Assembly: GCA_963662945.1 (NCBI GenBank)
Contig: OY759974.1
Span: 352,001-416,000 of the forward strand
Length of the DNA stretch: 64,000 bases
Reading direction: 5' to 3'
Origin: Arcobacteraceae bacterium
GTDB lineage: Bacteria > Campylobacterota > Campylobacteria > Campylobacterales > Arcobacteraceae
Positions 1-7,841 of the stretch are shown in pieces; the stretch's first letter is position 1; each line of letters starts with the position of its first letter. Position numbers and translations under genes: made by a program. The notes below the pieces were generated by a model. That model ran no database searches, was not told the DNA's origin, and was given only the letters and a program-made list of their open reading frames with translations.

Positions 1-1
1 C

Positions 2-919
2 TTTATCAACTGTAGTTATTTTATAAAAATAGATTTCTCCATCTTCTTGAATCATATCATCGAATCTATTATGATCTTCAGCTGCTTTTGCAATTTTACT
101 AAAAAAACCATTTGCACTTGATGCTCTATAAATATTGTAGTAAACAACATCAGGTGTTTTTGATTTTCCCCAAGCAAGTTGTATTTTCTTTGGTAAATCT
201 CTTGTTGCTTCTAATTTTGAAATTTGAAGAGGAAGTGGTTTTGTTGTTGCACTTACTATTGCACTTGGATTTGATACAATTCCATCAAATGTTTCTACCA
301 TCACTCGATACATATAAATCTCATTATCTCCTAAACCATCATCAATATACTCAACATTAAATCTATCTTCGATAACTTTAAGTTGTTCCCATTTTGATTT
401 AACTGGTGTAGTTTTTTCTATAATATATTTTTTAACTCTAGGATTTGTATGAGGTCGCCATAAAATTTTAATTTGTCTTGGAAGTTCACTAATCGCTTGA
501 ACAAAACTTACTGAATCTAAATTTGGTAAAGTTAAAACTTCTACACTTCCACTTGCTCTTGATTCCATATCATTTTTTGTAAACATAGATATTTTATAGG
601 CATATTTACTATTTGCCATTAAATCTTTATCTAAATAATGTGTTGCATATTTATTTTTTACAGTTGCTACTCTTTGAAATTTTCCACCTTTTTGCACATC
701 AGCTCTAATGATATAATACCCTTCTGCTTGTGCTATATCAATAGCTTTCCATTCTAATGCCACCGCATTAATATCCGGTATAGTTTTGATACTTGTAGCT
801 TCTACTACAGGTAAGCTCTCATCAATTTTTGGTTTTATTGGTGTAGTTAATTGGTCTTGACAACCACTAATGAATAGTATCAAACCTACTGATAACAAAC
901 TCTTGGCTAATTTTCCCAT
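2..919 (-). CDS. flpA: Fibronectin type III domain lipoprotein (FlpA-like), runs off the window start
   Basis: Not in the ORF track. Manual translation from ATG at 919 gives MGKLAKSLLSVGLILFISGCQDQ (lipobox ISGC), then FN3-like segments (VALEW, GYYIIR, HYLDKDL..YAYKI). Lies directly downstream of rluD as in other Campylobacterota. Confidence 0.8.
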   Translation of the reverse strand, partial: MGKLAKSLLSVGLILFISGCQDQLTTPIKPKIDESLPVVEATSIKTIPDINAVALEWKAIDIAQAEGYYIIRADVQKGGKFQRVATVKNKYATHYLDKDLMANSKYAYKISMFTKNDMESRASGSVEVLTLPNLDSVSFVQAISELPRQIKILWRPHTNPRVKKYIIEKTTPVKSKWEQLKVIEDRFNVEYIDDGLGDNEIYMYRVMVETFDGIVSNPSAIVSATTKPLPLQISKLEATRDLPKKIQLAWGKSKTPDVVYYNIYRASSANGFFSKIAKAAEDHNRFDDMIQEDGEIYFYKITTVDK

Positions 920-1832
920 TATTCTCTTCCTTGTTAAAGTGTTTATTATAAAATTCTTGCATATCTTCTGGCATACCTATAGTAAAGTTCATATCAACTC
1001 CAGTAATTGGATGTTTAAGATATAAACAAAAGGCATGCAAATAAACTCTTTTAAGCTTATCTAAATTTCCCTTAAAACCATATAATGCATCACCTAAAAT
1101 ATGCCTTTGAAGTGATTCAAGATGAACCCTAATTTGATGAGTTCTTCCAGTATAAAGTTTTGCTGCGATAATTTCATAATTTCCATCACTGCTAGTTGCT
1201 AATTTAGCAAAAGAAGTTTTCGCATTTTTCCCACCTTCAACTATCCCCATTTTTAATCTATTGTGTGGATTTCTTGCCATTGGTTTATCTACAGTTATAT
1301 CATCTTTTAAAGGTAAATCTATCATAGCTAAATAGTATCGTCCCATCGTTTTTGTTTCCAGTTGCCGAGAAAGCTTTTCGTGAGCTTCGTTAGTTTTTGC
1401 AATTACAAGTAAGCCACTTGTTCCTTTGTCTATTCGATGAACAATACCATGTCTCTCTTCACCGCTAATTGTGGAAAGTGAAATATTTTTTTTCTTTAGC
1501 CAATCTACAAGTGTAGCTTCATTGACACTTGGTGCACCATGAACTATTACACCAGAGGGTTTATTTATCACCATAAAATAGTCATCTTCAAAAACAACAT
1601 CTATATCAAACTCAACTTCTAATGCTTCCTCTTTTACAACTTCAGGAAGTTCTACAGTTACTTTTTGTCCAACTTGAAGTTTAAGCCCACTTTTGGCTTT
1701 TTGTTTATTTTCAACAGTAACAAAACCTTTTTTGATAAGTTGTTCTATTTGATTTCTTGATTCGTTTAATTGTTCAGATAAAAAAAGATCAAGTCTGATC
1801 TCTTGTGTAGGGATAAATTGTTTGCTGTTCAT
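867..1832 (-). CDS. rluD: RluA/RluD-family 23S rRNA pseudouridine synthase
   Basis: S4-like N-terminus (RLDLFL), GIVHRIDKGTSG catalytic motif, TGRTHQIRVH. ATG at 1832 preferred over the upstream TTG at 1883. Confidence 0.92.
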   Translation of the reverse strand: MNSKQFIPTQEIRLDLFLSEQLNESRNQIEQLIKKGFVTVENKQKAKSGLKLQVGQKVTVELPEVVKEEALEVEFDIDVVFEDDYFMVINKPSGVIVHGAPSVNEATLVDWLKKKNISLSTISGEERHGIVHRIDKGTSGLLVIAKTNEAHEKLSRQLETKTMGRYYLAMIDLPLKDDITVDKPMARNPHNRLKMGIVEGGKNAKTSFAKLATSSDGNYEIIAAKLYTGRTHQIRVHLESLQRHILGDALYGFKGNLDKLKRVYLHAFCLYLKHPITGVDMNFTIGMPEDMQEFYNKHFNKEENNGKISQEFVISRFDTIH

Positions 1833-1917
1833 GATATTGATTTGACCTTTGAAATTATTTTGTATTGTACAGTATAATAACAAAAAATCAAATCAATAGT
1901 ATTATCAAAAGTATAAG

Positions 1918-3369
1918 TTAATGTTTCACTTTGATATTATTAATTTTTAGTTTTTTTATAAACTCCATTATTTTTGCAATTTTAGACTCTTCTTCTTTTA
2001 TCGACTTTTCTCCACCTAATTTAAAAATATCAAGTTTTTTATCTAAATATCCTGTATTTAAGTTTCCAGCCATAAAATCTACATCTCTTACAATTTGTCT
2101 ATGAAGTGCAATATTTGTTGGAAAACCTTCTATATAAAACTCATCTAATGCTCTTTTGGCTTTTTTAACTGCACCTTCCCAATCTAAAGACCATACTATA
2201 AGTTTTCCTATCATAGAATCATAGTTTGCTGGAATTTTGTATCCTGCATACAATGCCGAATCAAGTCTTACTCCAGGACCTCCTGGAGTTAAGTATGTTG
2301 ATACAGTTCCAACTGATGGCATAAAGTTTTTTTGTGGATTTTCTGCATTTATTCTAAACTCTATTGCATATCCTCTAAAACTTATCTCTTCTTGTAAAAA
2401 TTTAAGTTTATCACCCTCTGCAATTTCTATCATTCGCTGAATAATATCAACACCACTAATGATTTCAGTCACAGGATGTTCAACTTGTACTCTTGTATTC
2501 ATCTCTATAAAATAAATAGTATCATGTTCATCAACTAAAAACTCAACTGTTCCAACACTTTCATATCCTAATTTAAACATAGCTTTTGTAGCTATTCTAT
2601 AGAGTTCTTTTCTTGTTTCTTGATTTAATCTAGGTGATGGTGCAATCTCAATAACTTTTTGATGTCTTCTTTGGATTGAACAATCTCGTTCACCTAAATG
2701 AACAACATTTCCATATTTATCTGCCATAACTTGTACTTCAATATGTCTTGGATTTTCAACATATTTTTCAATAAATACTTCCCCTCTTCCAAAGTATTTT
2801 TGAGATTCATTTACAGCACTATCGAACATATCATAAAAATCTTTTGGATTTTTTACAATTCTCATACCTCTTCCACCACCACCAAAAGCAGCTTTGATAA
2901 TAACTGGAAATCCAATCTCTGTAGCAATTTTTGCTCCAAGTTTTTTATCCTCTATTGGTTCATCAGTACCTTCTAAAACTGGAACTCCTACAGCTTTCAT
3001 AGCAACTTTTGAAGCCATTTTATCTCCAAAAAGATCAATATGTTCAGGTTTTGGGCCTATAAATATTATTCCATTCTCAGCACAAGCTCTTGCAAAATCA
3101 GCATTTTCACTTAAAAATCCATATCCAGGATGAATCGCATCACAAGAAGCTTTTTTTGCAATAGATATAATTACATTATAATCTAAATAAGCCTGTACAG
3201 GATCACCCATAATTGGATAACATTCATCTGCTTTTCTTACCCAAACACCTTCAACATCAACTTCTGAAAATATTGCAACACTTTTCATTTCAAGCTCTTG
3301 ACAAGCTCTGATAATTCTTAGTGCTATTTCACCTCTATTTGCTATTAAAACTTTAGTTATTTTTTTCAT
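1918..3369 (-). CDS. Biotin carboxylase subunit (pyruvate carboxylase subunit A / AccC-like)
   Basis: KVLIANRGEIA, AIHPGYGFLSEN, GGGGRGMR, RDCSIQRRHQK, EMNTRVQVEH, YDSMIGKL motifs. Confidence 0.9.
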   Translation of the reverse strand: MKKITKVLIANRGEIALRIIRACQELEMKSVAIFSEVDVEGVWVRKADECYPIMGDPVQAYLDYNVIISIAKKASCDAIHPGYGFLSENADFARACAENGIIFIGPKPEHIDLFGDKMASKVAMKAVGVPVLEGTDEPIEDKKLGAKIATEIGFPVIIKAAFGGGGRGMRIVKNPKDFYDMFDSAVNESQKYFGRGEVFIEKYVENPRHIEVQVMADKYGNVVHLGERDCSIQRRHQKVIEIAPSPRLNQETRKELYRIATKAMFKLGYESVGTVEFLVDEHDTIYFIEMNTRVQVEHPVTEIISGVDIIQRMIEIAEGDKLKFLQEEISFRGYAIEFRINAENPQKNFMPSVGTVSTYLTPGGPGVRLDSALYAGYKIPANYDSMIGKLIVWSLDWEGAVKKAKRALDEFYIEGFPTNIALHRQIVRDVDFMAGNLNTGYLDKKLDIFKLGGEKSIKEEESKIAKIMEFIKKLKINNIKVKH

Positions 3370-3382
3370 TCTTATCCTTTTT

Positions 3383-3682
3383 TTATGAAATTCTTAATTG
3401 CCTATTATTTAAAAATGTAAGTATAGTGTGATTTGATTTTGATATAATTTTTGTGATAATTTCAACTTTAATATCTCTAAAATCTTTAAAAAACTCTTTA
3501 AAATTATTATACGCTTGATTAATGTTTGATTTATCTAAAAACTCTATAAGAAGAGATTCTTCACAAAATATAATTTTTTGATTTGAAACTTGAAACTCTT
3601 TTGATTTATTAATAAAATTCAAAAAAATTTGTTTTTGACTTTGTGCTATTTTGAGATAATTCTCAATATAAATATATTCCAT
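3383..3682 (-). CDS. Hypothetical protein (99 aa), probably co-transcribed with the biotin carboxylase
   Basis: AAGGA Shine-Dalgarno before the ATG, a promoter upstream, 13-nt gap to the next gene. Confidence 0.6.
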   Translation of the reverse strand: MEYIYIENYLKIAQSQKQIFLNFINKSKEFQVSNQKIIFCEESLLIEFLDKSNINQAYNNFKEFFKDFRDIKVEIITKIISKSNHTILTFLNNRQLRIS

Positions 3683-3714
3683 ATTTTATCCTTTTTTTAA
3701 AACTAAATTACAAA

Positions 3715-3747
3715 ATTGTAATTGAATTTTATGAATAGAATATGAAT
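3715..3747 (-). promoter_or_regulatory. Promoter with tandem ATTCAT boxes (OmpR-type site)
   Basis: Minus strand reads ATTCAT-attct-ATTCAT-N10-TACAAT; same geometry as at 6025-6057 and 6073-6105. Confidence 0.7.
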
Positions 3748-3836
3748 AAATTTATTTATAAGAAGGTATTGTTATTGATGCATAAAAATAGATATATATT
3801 GAAACAATTACGAGTGCATAAAGAATAATCATTTTA

Positions 3837-5177
3837 TTATTTTTCAAAATTTTCTCCTTTAAAGTTAATAGTAAATAACGTATATTCTTCATATTTACTT
3901 TGTACATTTAAAGTAAATTTATGAATATTTGCAATTGATTTTACTATTGATAATCCAAGACCATTTCCTGTGCCACTTCTTGCATCATCAACCCTATAAA
4001 ATCTATCAAAAATATTTTTTAAATCTTCCTCTTTTATCCCTATCCCATAATCTTTGATTTTGATTTTTTCTTTATTTAAAGATATTTCTACAATAGAGTT
4101 TTTATGAGAATATTTTAAAGAATTTTGAATAATATTTCCTATCAATATTTTTAGTAATAAAGGATGTCCTTGAACAATAATATTTTCAAAATGATGAAAA
4201 TAAAACTTAATATTTTTTGTTTCTATGAGTTGCTTATTTTGTGCTATCACTTCAGTGATAATTTCATCAAGCTCCACATCCACAAATTGCTGTTCAATCT
4301 CTTTATTATTTGATTTCGATAAAAAAAGTAAGCTATTAATAAGTTCTTGTAAAGATTTTGTTTCTTCTAATGTACTAGATAAAATATTTTTGTATTCTTG
4401 ATTTGTTCTTTCTTTTCGTAAGCCTAGTTCTATTTCTCCTCGTATGATTGTAAGGGGAGTTTTAAGTTCATGGGAAACATCGTTTGAAAATCTTTTTATT
4501 TTTGAAAATGAATCATCAAGTTTATCAAGTAAAAAATTAAATGTAGTAATCAACTCTTCTATCTCATCATTACTACTAAGTGTTGAAATCCTTTTATTTA
4601 GGTTATGTGATTCTATATCTTTTACTTCATCAATAGCTTTTTTTACAGGATGTAAAGAACTTTTAATGATAAAATAACCAGAAATGATAGAAAGAACTAA
4701 TAATATAGGAATCAATACCATTAAAATATCTTTTAAATGCACCATAGCTGGTTCTATTTTATCTTTTAAAGTTGTTGCAACTTCTATATAAATATTATTA
4801 TCTTTATCACTTCTATACCGTATTACTCTTATTGTATTTTTACTGGTAAATGTTTGAAATTCACCTTTTTCTAAAAGTTTAAAATTTTGAATATCGATTG
4901 GTGATTTGTTTGAAGATATTTTATTAAATTTTCCATTTTTATATTGATAAATTACTATAGAGAAATTTTGTATTAAAAACTCTTCATTGTCAAAAGGGGT
5001 ATAAAAATGTTGACTATAATTAATTTCATTAATAATTGTTAAGAGTTGATTATCTATAGTTTTCATATTTTGTTTATAAAACTGCATTATTAATACACTT
5101 GAAAAAATCGATAATATAATAGTAATTACTATTGAATAATAAAAAAGAAGTCTTGTTTTTATATTTTTAAGATTCAT
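3837..5177 (-). CDS. Sensor histidine kinase (HAMP-HisKA-HATPase)
   Basis: Two TM segments, FSNDVSHELKTPLT H-box, N-box (NIIQNSLKYS), DYGIGI, FDRFYR, GNGLGLSIV. Confidence 0.93.
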   Translation of the reverse strand: MNLKNIKTRLLFYYSIVITIILSIFSSVLIMQFYKQNMKTIDNQLLTIINEINYSQHFYTPFDNEEFLIQNFSIVIYQYKNGKFNKISSNKSPIDIQNFKLLEKGEFQTFTSKNTIRVIRYRSDKDNNIYIEVATTLKDKIEPAMVHLKDILMVLIPILLVLSIISGYFIIKSSLHPVKKAIDEVKDIESHNLNKRISTLSSNDEIEELITTFNFLLDKLDDSFSKIKRFSNDVSHELKTPLTIIRGEIELGLRKERTNQEYKNILSSTLEETKSLQELINSLLFLSKSNNKEIEQQFVDVELDEIITEVIAQNKQLIETKNIKFYFHHFENIIVQGHPLLLKILIGNIIQNSLKYSHKNSIVEISLNKEKIKIKDYGIGIKEEDLKNIFDRFYRVDDARSGTGNGLGLSIVKSIANIHKFTLNVQSKYEEYTLFTINFKGENFEK

Positions 5178-5844
5178 TATTTTGGCTTACTTTATATCCC
5201 ATTCCTCGAATAGTATGGATAAGTTTTATATCATTTTCTTTATCTATTTTTTTTCTCAATCTATAAATATATACATTTATAATATTACTTGCTGTATCTT
5301 TATCCATATTCCATAAAGAGTTATTAATCATATCTTCTGTTACTACTTTTTCTTGATTCATTAAAAGATACTCTAAAAGAATATATTCTTTTGAACTAAG
5401 AGTAATATTTCTATCTCCTCTTGTGACAATTTTTCTATCACAATCAAGTCTTAAATCAGCTATTTTAAGTATATTTGTCAGAGACTTTCCCTCTCTAAGT
5501 TGTACTTTTATACGTGCAATCAACTCATCAAATGAAAAAGGTTTTGACATATAATCATTTGCACCACTATTTAAACCCAATACTTTTTCATCTATGGAAC
5601 TTTTGGCAGTTAACATTATAATAGGTATTTTAATATTTTTTTCTCTTATAATTTTACATAAACTTACACCATCAATAGCAGGTATCATAAGATCTAAAAT
5701 AATAAGATCATAACTATTGGTTTCAATTAAATATAAAGCTTCTTCACCATCAAAACAACAATCTACTATATAGTTCTCTTCTACTAAACCTTTCGATAAA
5801 AATGAGGAGATTTTAACATCATCTTCCACCACCAATATTTTCAT
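5167..5844 (-). CDS. OmpR/PhoB-family response regulator
   Basis: VVEDD, LDLMIP, MLTAK, GANDYMSKPFS, winged-helix C-terminus (VYIYRLRKK, TIRGMGY). Confidence 0.95.
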   Translation of the reverse strand: MKILVVEDDVKISSFLSKGLVEENYIVDCCFDGEEALYLIETNSYDLIILDLMIPAIDGVSLCKIIREKNIKIPIIMLTAKSSIDEKVLGLNSGANDYMSKPFSFDELIARIKVQLREGKSLTNILKIADLRLDCDRKIVTRGDRNITLSSKEYILLEYLLMNQEKVVTEDMINNSLWNMDKDTASNIINVYIYRLRKKIDKENDIKLIHTIRGMGYKVSQNNES

Positions 5845-5887
5845 AGATTGTATCCTTTACTTTTCTATTGTAAGTATAACTTATTTG

Positions 5888-6020
5888 TCATAACACTTAC
5901 AAGGCTATATTGGTTTTGTAATTTTTTAGTTAGTGTAATTAATGTGCAAGAGGAAAGGAGTGTATTGATTTTAGTTAATATTTCTCTACTTACCCGAATA
6001 TAGCCCTTGTATGTGTATGA
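5888..6020 (-). ncRNA. Candidate structured sRNA or long 5' leader with a C/U-rich anti-SD segment
   Basis: Arms 5888-5913 and 5994-6020 are complementary (about 24 bp, 1 mismatch, 3 single-nt bulges). A leftward promoter (6025-6057) places the start near 6018, at the stem edge. The interior contains CACUCCUUUCCUCUU. Confidence 0.5.
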
Positions 6021-6024
6021 TGAA

Positions 6025-6057
6025 ATTATAATATTCAAATATGAACAGAATATGAAT
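6025..6057 (-). promoter_or_regulatory. Leftward promoter with tandem (A/G)TTCAT boxes
   Basis: Minus strand reads ATTCAT-attct-GTTCAT-N10-TATAAT; 6040-6057 matches 3730-3747 at 17 of 18 positions. Confidence 0.7.
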
Positions 6058-6061
6058 TTTT

Positions 6062-6105
6062 TTTCATATTATATTCATTTGGAATTCATATCTATAATTT
6101 ATAAT
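6062..6105 (+). promoter_or_regulatory. Rightward promoter of the ABC/oxidase-like operon with 11-bp-periodic TTCAT boxes
   Basis: TTCAT at 6063, 6074 and 6085; ATTCAT-N5-ATTCAT-N10-TATAAT (6100-6105); SD AAAGGAG at 6119-6125. Confidence 0.7.
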
Positions 6106-6129
6106 TTTTAACAAATAAAAAGGAGTGAT

Positions 6130-7212
6130 ATGTTTTCAAATGCCCTCAAAGCTTTAATTGCCAATAGATTAAAAACTTTTTTAATATTCCTAAGCTTTAC
6201 ATTTTCTATTACTGCTATATTTCTCATCTCTTCTATTGCCACAGGAATTATCACTATGTACTCTTCTATGCTTAAAAGTGATGGAGATATTATAGTAACA
6301 CAAAAAAATATTTCTGATACTTTTTTTAGTAATGTTGATACAAAACTTATTCCTAAAATTGAAACAATCAAAGATGTTACAAAAGTATCAGCGCTTATCT
6401 TTGGTGCAAGTCCAGTAGAAAACTTACCTATCATTGCTGTCTATGGAAGTAGTCAAAATAGATTTTCAAACTACAAACTTATAAAAGGTAATTATCCACA
6501 AAAAGATGAAGTAATTGTTGGTAACTCAATATATAAGCAACTTCAAAATCAAAGAACAATCACAATTGGGACAAAAAATTTTATAGTAAGTGGTATCTAT
6601 GAAAGTGAAATTGGATTTGAAAATGGTGGGGTTGTTTTAAATTTAGAAGATGCTAGTAAAATTTTTAATAAATCAGCTTCTTTATTTCTTATAAATACAA
6701 CAATGAAGAGCAATAAAGATACCATCTTAAAAACTATCAATAATTTAAGTGATACTATTGAAGCAAAAAAAACAACACAATTTATAGAAAATTACAATCA
6801 ATTCAATATCATAAAAACCTCATCAAATGTTATCTCATTTATCGCTTTTTCTATGGGACTTTTAGCCATAGCTTCTATTATGAGTATCACAGTCAATGAT
6901 AGAAAAGATGAGTTTGGGATTAAAAGAGCTTTAGGGATAAGTAGTTTTAGGATTACTATATCTTTAATCATTGAAAGTTTTATAGTAGGTATTATCTCTT
7001 TTATTACAGCTTTTGTAGTATCAAATATCATTTTAATAGCCATCAAACACTCAACTACTCTACAAGGATATGTAAATGGAGAGATTACCCTAGAGTTATC
7101 ACTGTATATTTTTATCACTTCAATTATGATGAGTGCTTTAGGTGTCTTAGTACCATCTTTAAGTGCTTCAAAGATTGACCCGATTATTTTAATACAAAAG
7201 GGGAATAGATGA
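6130..7212 (+). CDS. MacB/FtsX-family ABC transporter permease
   Basis: N-terminal TM, large periplasmic domain, RKDEFGIKRALG motif, three C-terminal TMs ending ASKIDPI. Confidence 0.88.
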   Translation: MFSNALKALIANRLKTFLIFLSFTFSITAIFLISSIATGIITMYSSMLKSDGDIIVTQKNISDTFFSNVDTKLIPKIETIKDVTKVSALIFGASPVENLPIIAVYGSSQNRFSNYKLIKGNYPQKDEVIVGNSIYKQLQNQRTITIGTKNFIVSGIYESEIGFENGGVVLNLEDASKIFNKSASLFLINTTMKSNKDTILKTINNLSDTIEAKKTTQFIENYNQFNIIKTSSNVISFIAFSMGLLAIASIMSITVNDRKDEFGIKRALGISSFRITISLIIESFIVGIISFITAFVVSNIILIAIKHSTTLQGYVNGEITLELSLYIFITSIMMSALGVLVPSLSASKIDPIILIQKGNR

Positions 7213-7841
7213 TACAAGTACAAAATCTTACCCATTATTACAATAATGAGATTGCCCTTGATAATATTAATCTTTCTGTAGAAAGTGGAAAATTTATAGC
7301 AATAGTTGGAGAAAGTGGTAGTGGTAAATCAACTCTACTTTCAATTCTTTCAACTCTTTTAAAACCAACAAGTGGAGATATAACACTTCTAAAGACCAAT
7401 ACAAAAGAGATAAAGAATATTAATGATTTTAGAAAATCCAATATTGGATTTGTATTTCAATTTCATTATCTCATCAATTATCTTACAGTAAAAGAAAATA
7501 TTGAATTAGCATTAGAGACAAAAGAGGATAAAAAAACTCTAGATAATTTACAACTTTTAGGAATTGAAGAATTACAAAACAGATACCCAAATGAGATCTC
7601 AGGAGGTCAAAGACAACGGGTCTCAATAGCTCGTGCTTTAGCAAATCAACCCAAAATCATCTTTGCAGATGAACCAACAGGAAACTTAGATTCTAAAAAC
7701 TCTTTAAAAGTTTTTGAACTTTTAAAACAATTGTGTGAAAATGGAACTACAATACTTGTAGCAACTCACGACAAAGAACTAGCAAAACTAGCAGATACTA
7801 TTTACGAGATGAACGATGGAAAAATTTCAAATATTTATTAA
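7209..7841 (+). CDS. LolD/MacB-type ABC ATPase
   Basis: GESGSGKST, ISGGQRQRV, FADEPTGNLD, VATHD. Confidence 0.93.
   Translation: MIQVQNLTHYYNNEIALDNINLSVESGKFIAIVGESGSGKSTLLSILSTLLKPTSGDITLLKTNTKEIKNINDFRKSNIGFVFQFHYLINYLTVKENIELALETKEDKKTLDNLQLLGIEELQNRYPNEISGGQRQRVSIARALANQPKIIFADEPTGNLDSKNSLKVFELLKQLCENGTTILVATHDKELAKLADTIYEMNDGKISNIY

Noticed and set aside
112-360. 82-aa plus-strand ORF and the other short antisense or nested ORFs in the track (e.g. 6798-7235, 22003-22443, 48719-49225)
   Set aside because: They lie opposite or inside well-supported genes and have shadow-ORF composition.
5965-6003. 12-codon plus-strand ORF (TTG start, MILVNISLLTRI) after AGGAG
   Set aside because: No convincing plus-strand promoter and too short to support; kept only as an alternative reading of the structured element.
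5888-6020. 6S RNA assignment for the rod-like element
   Set aside because: Shorter than typical 6S, very AU-rich and in an accessory block; cannot be supported without a covariance-model search.
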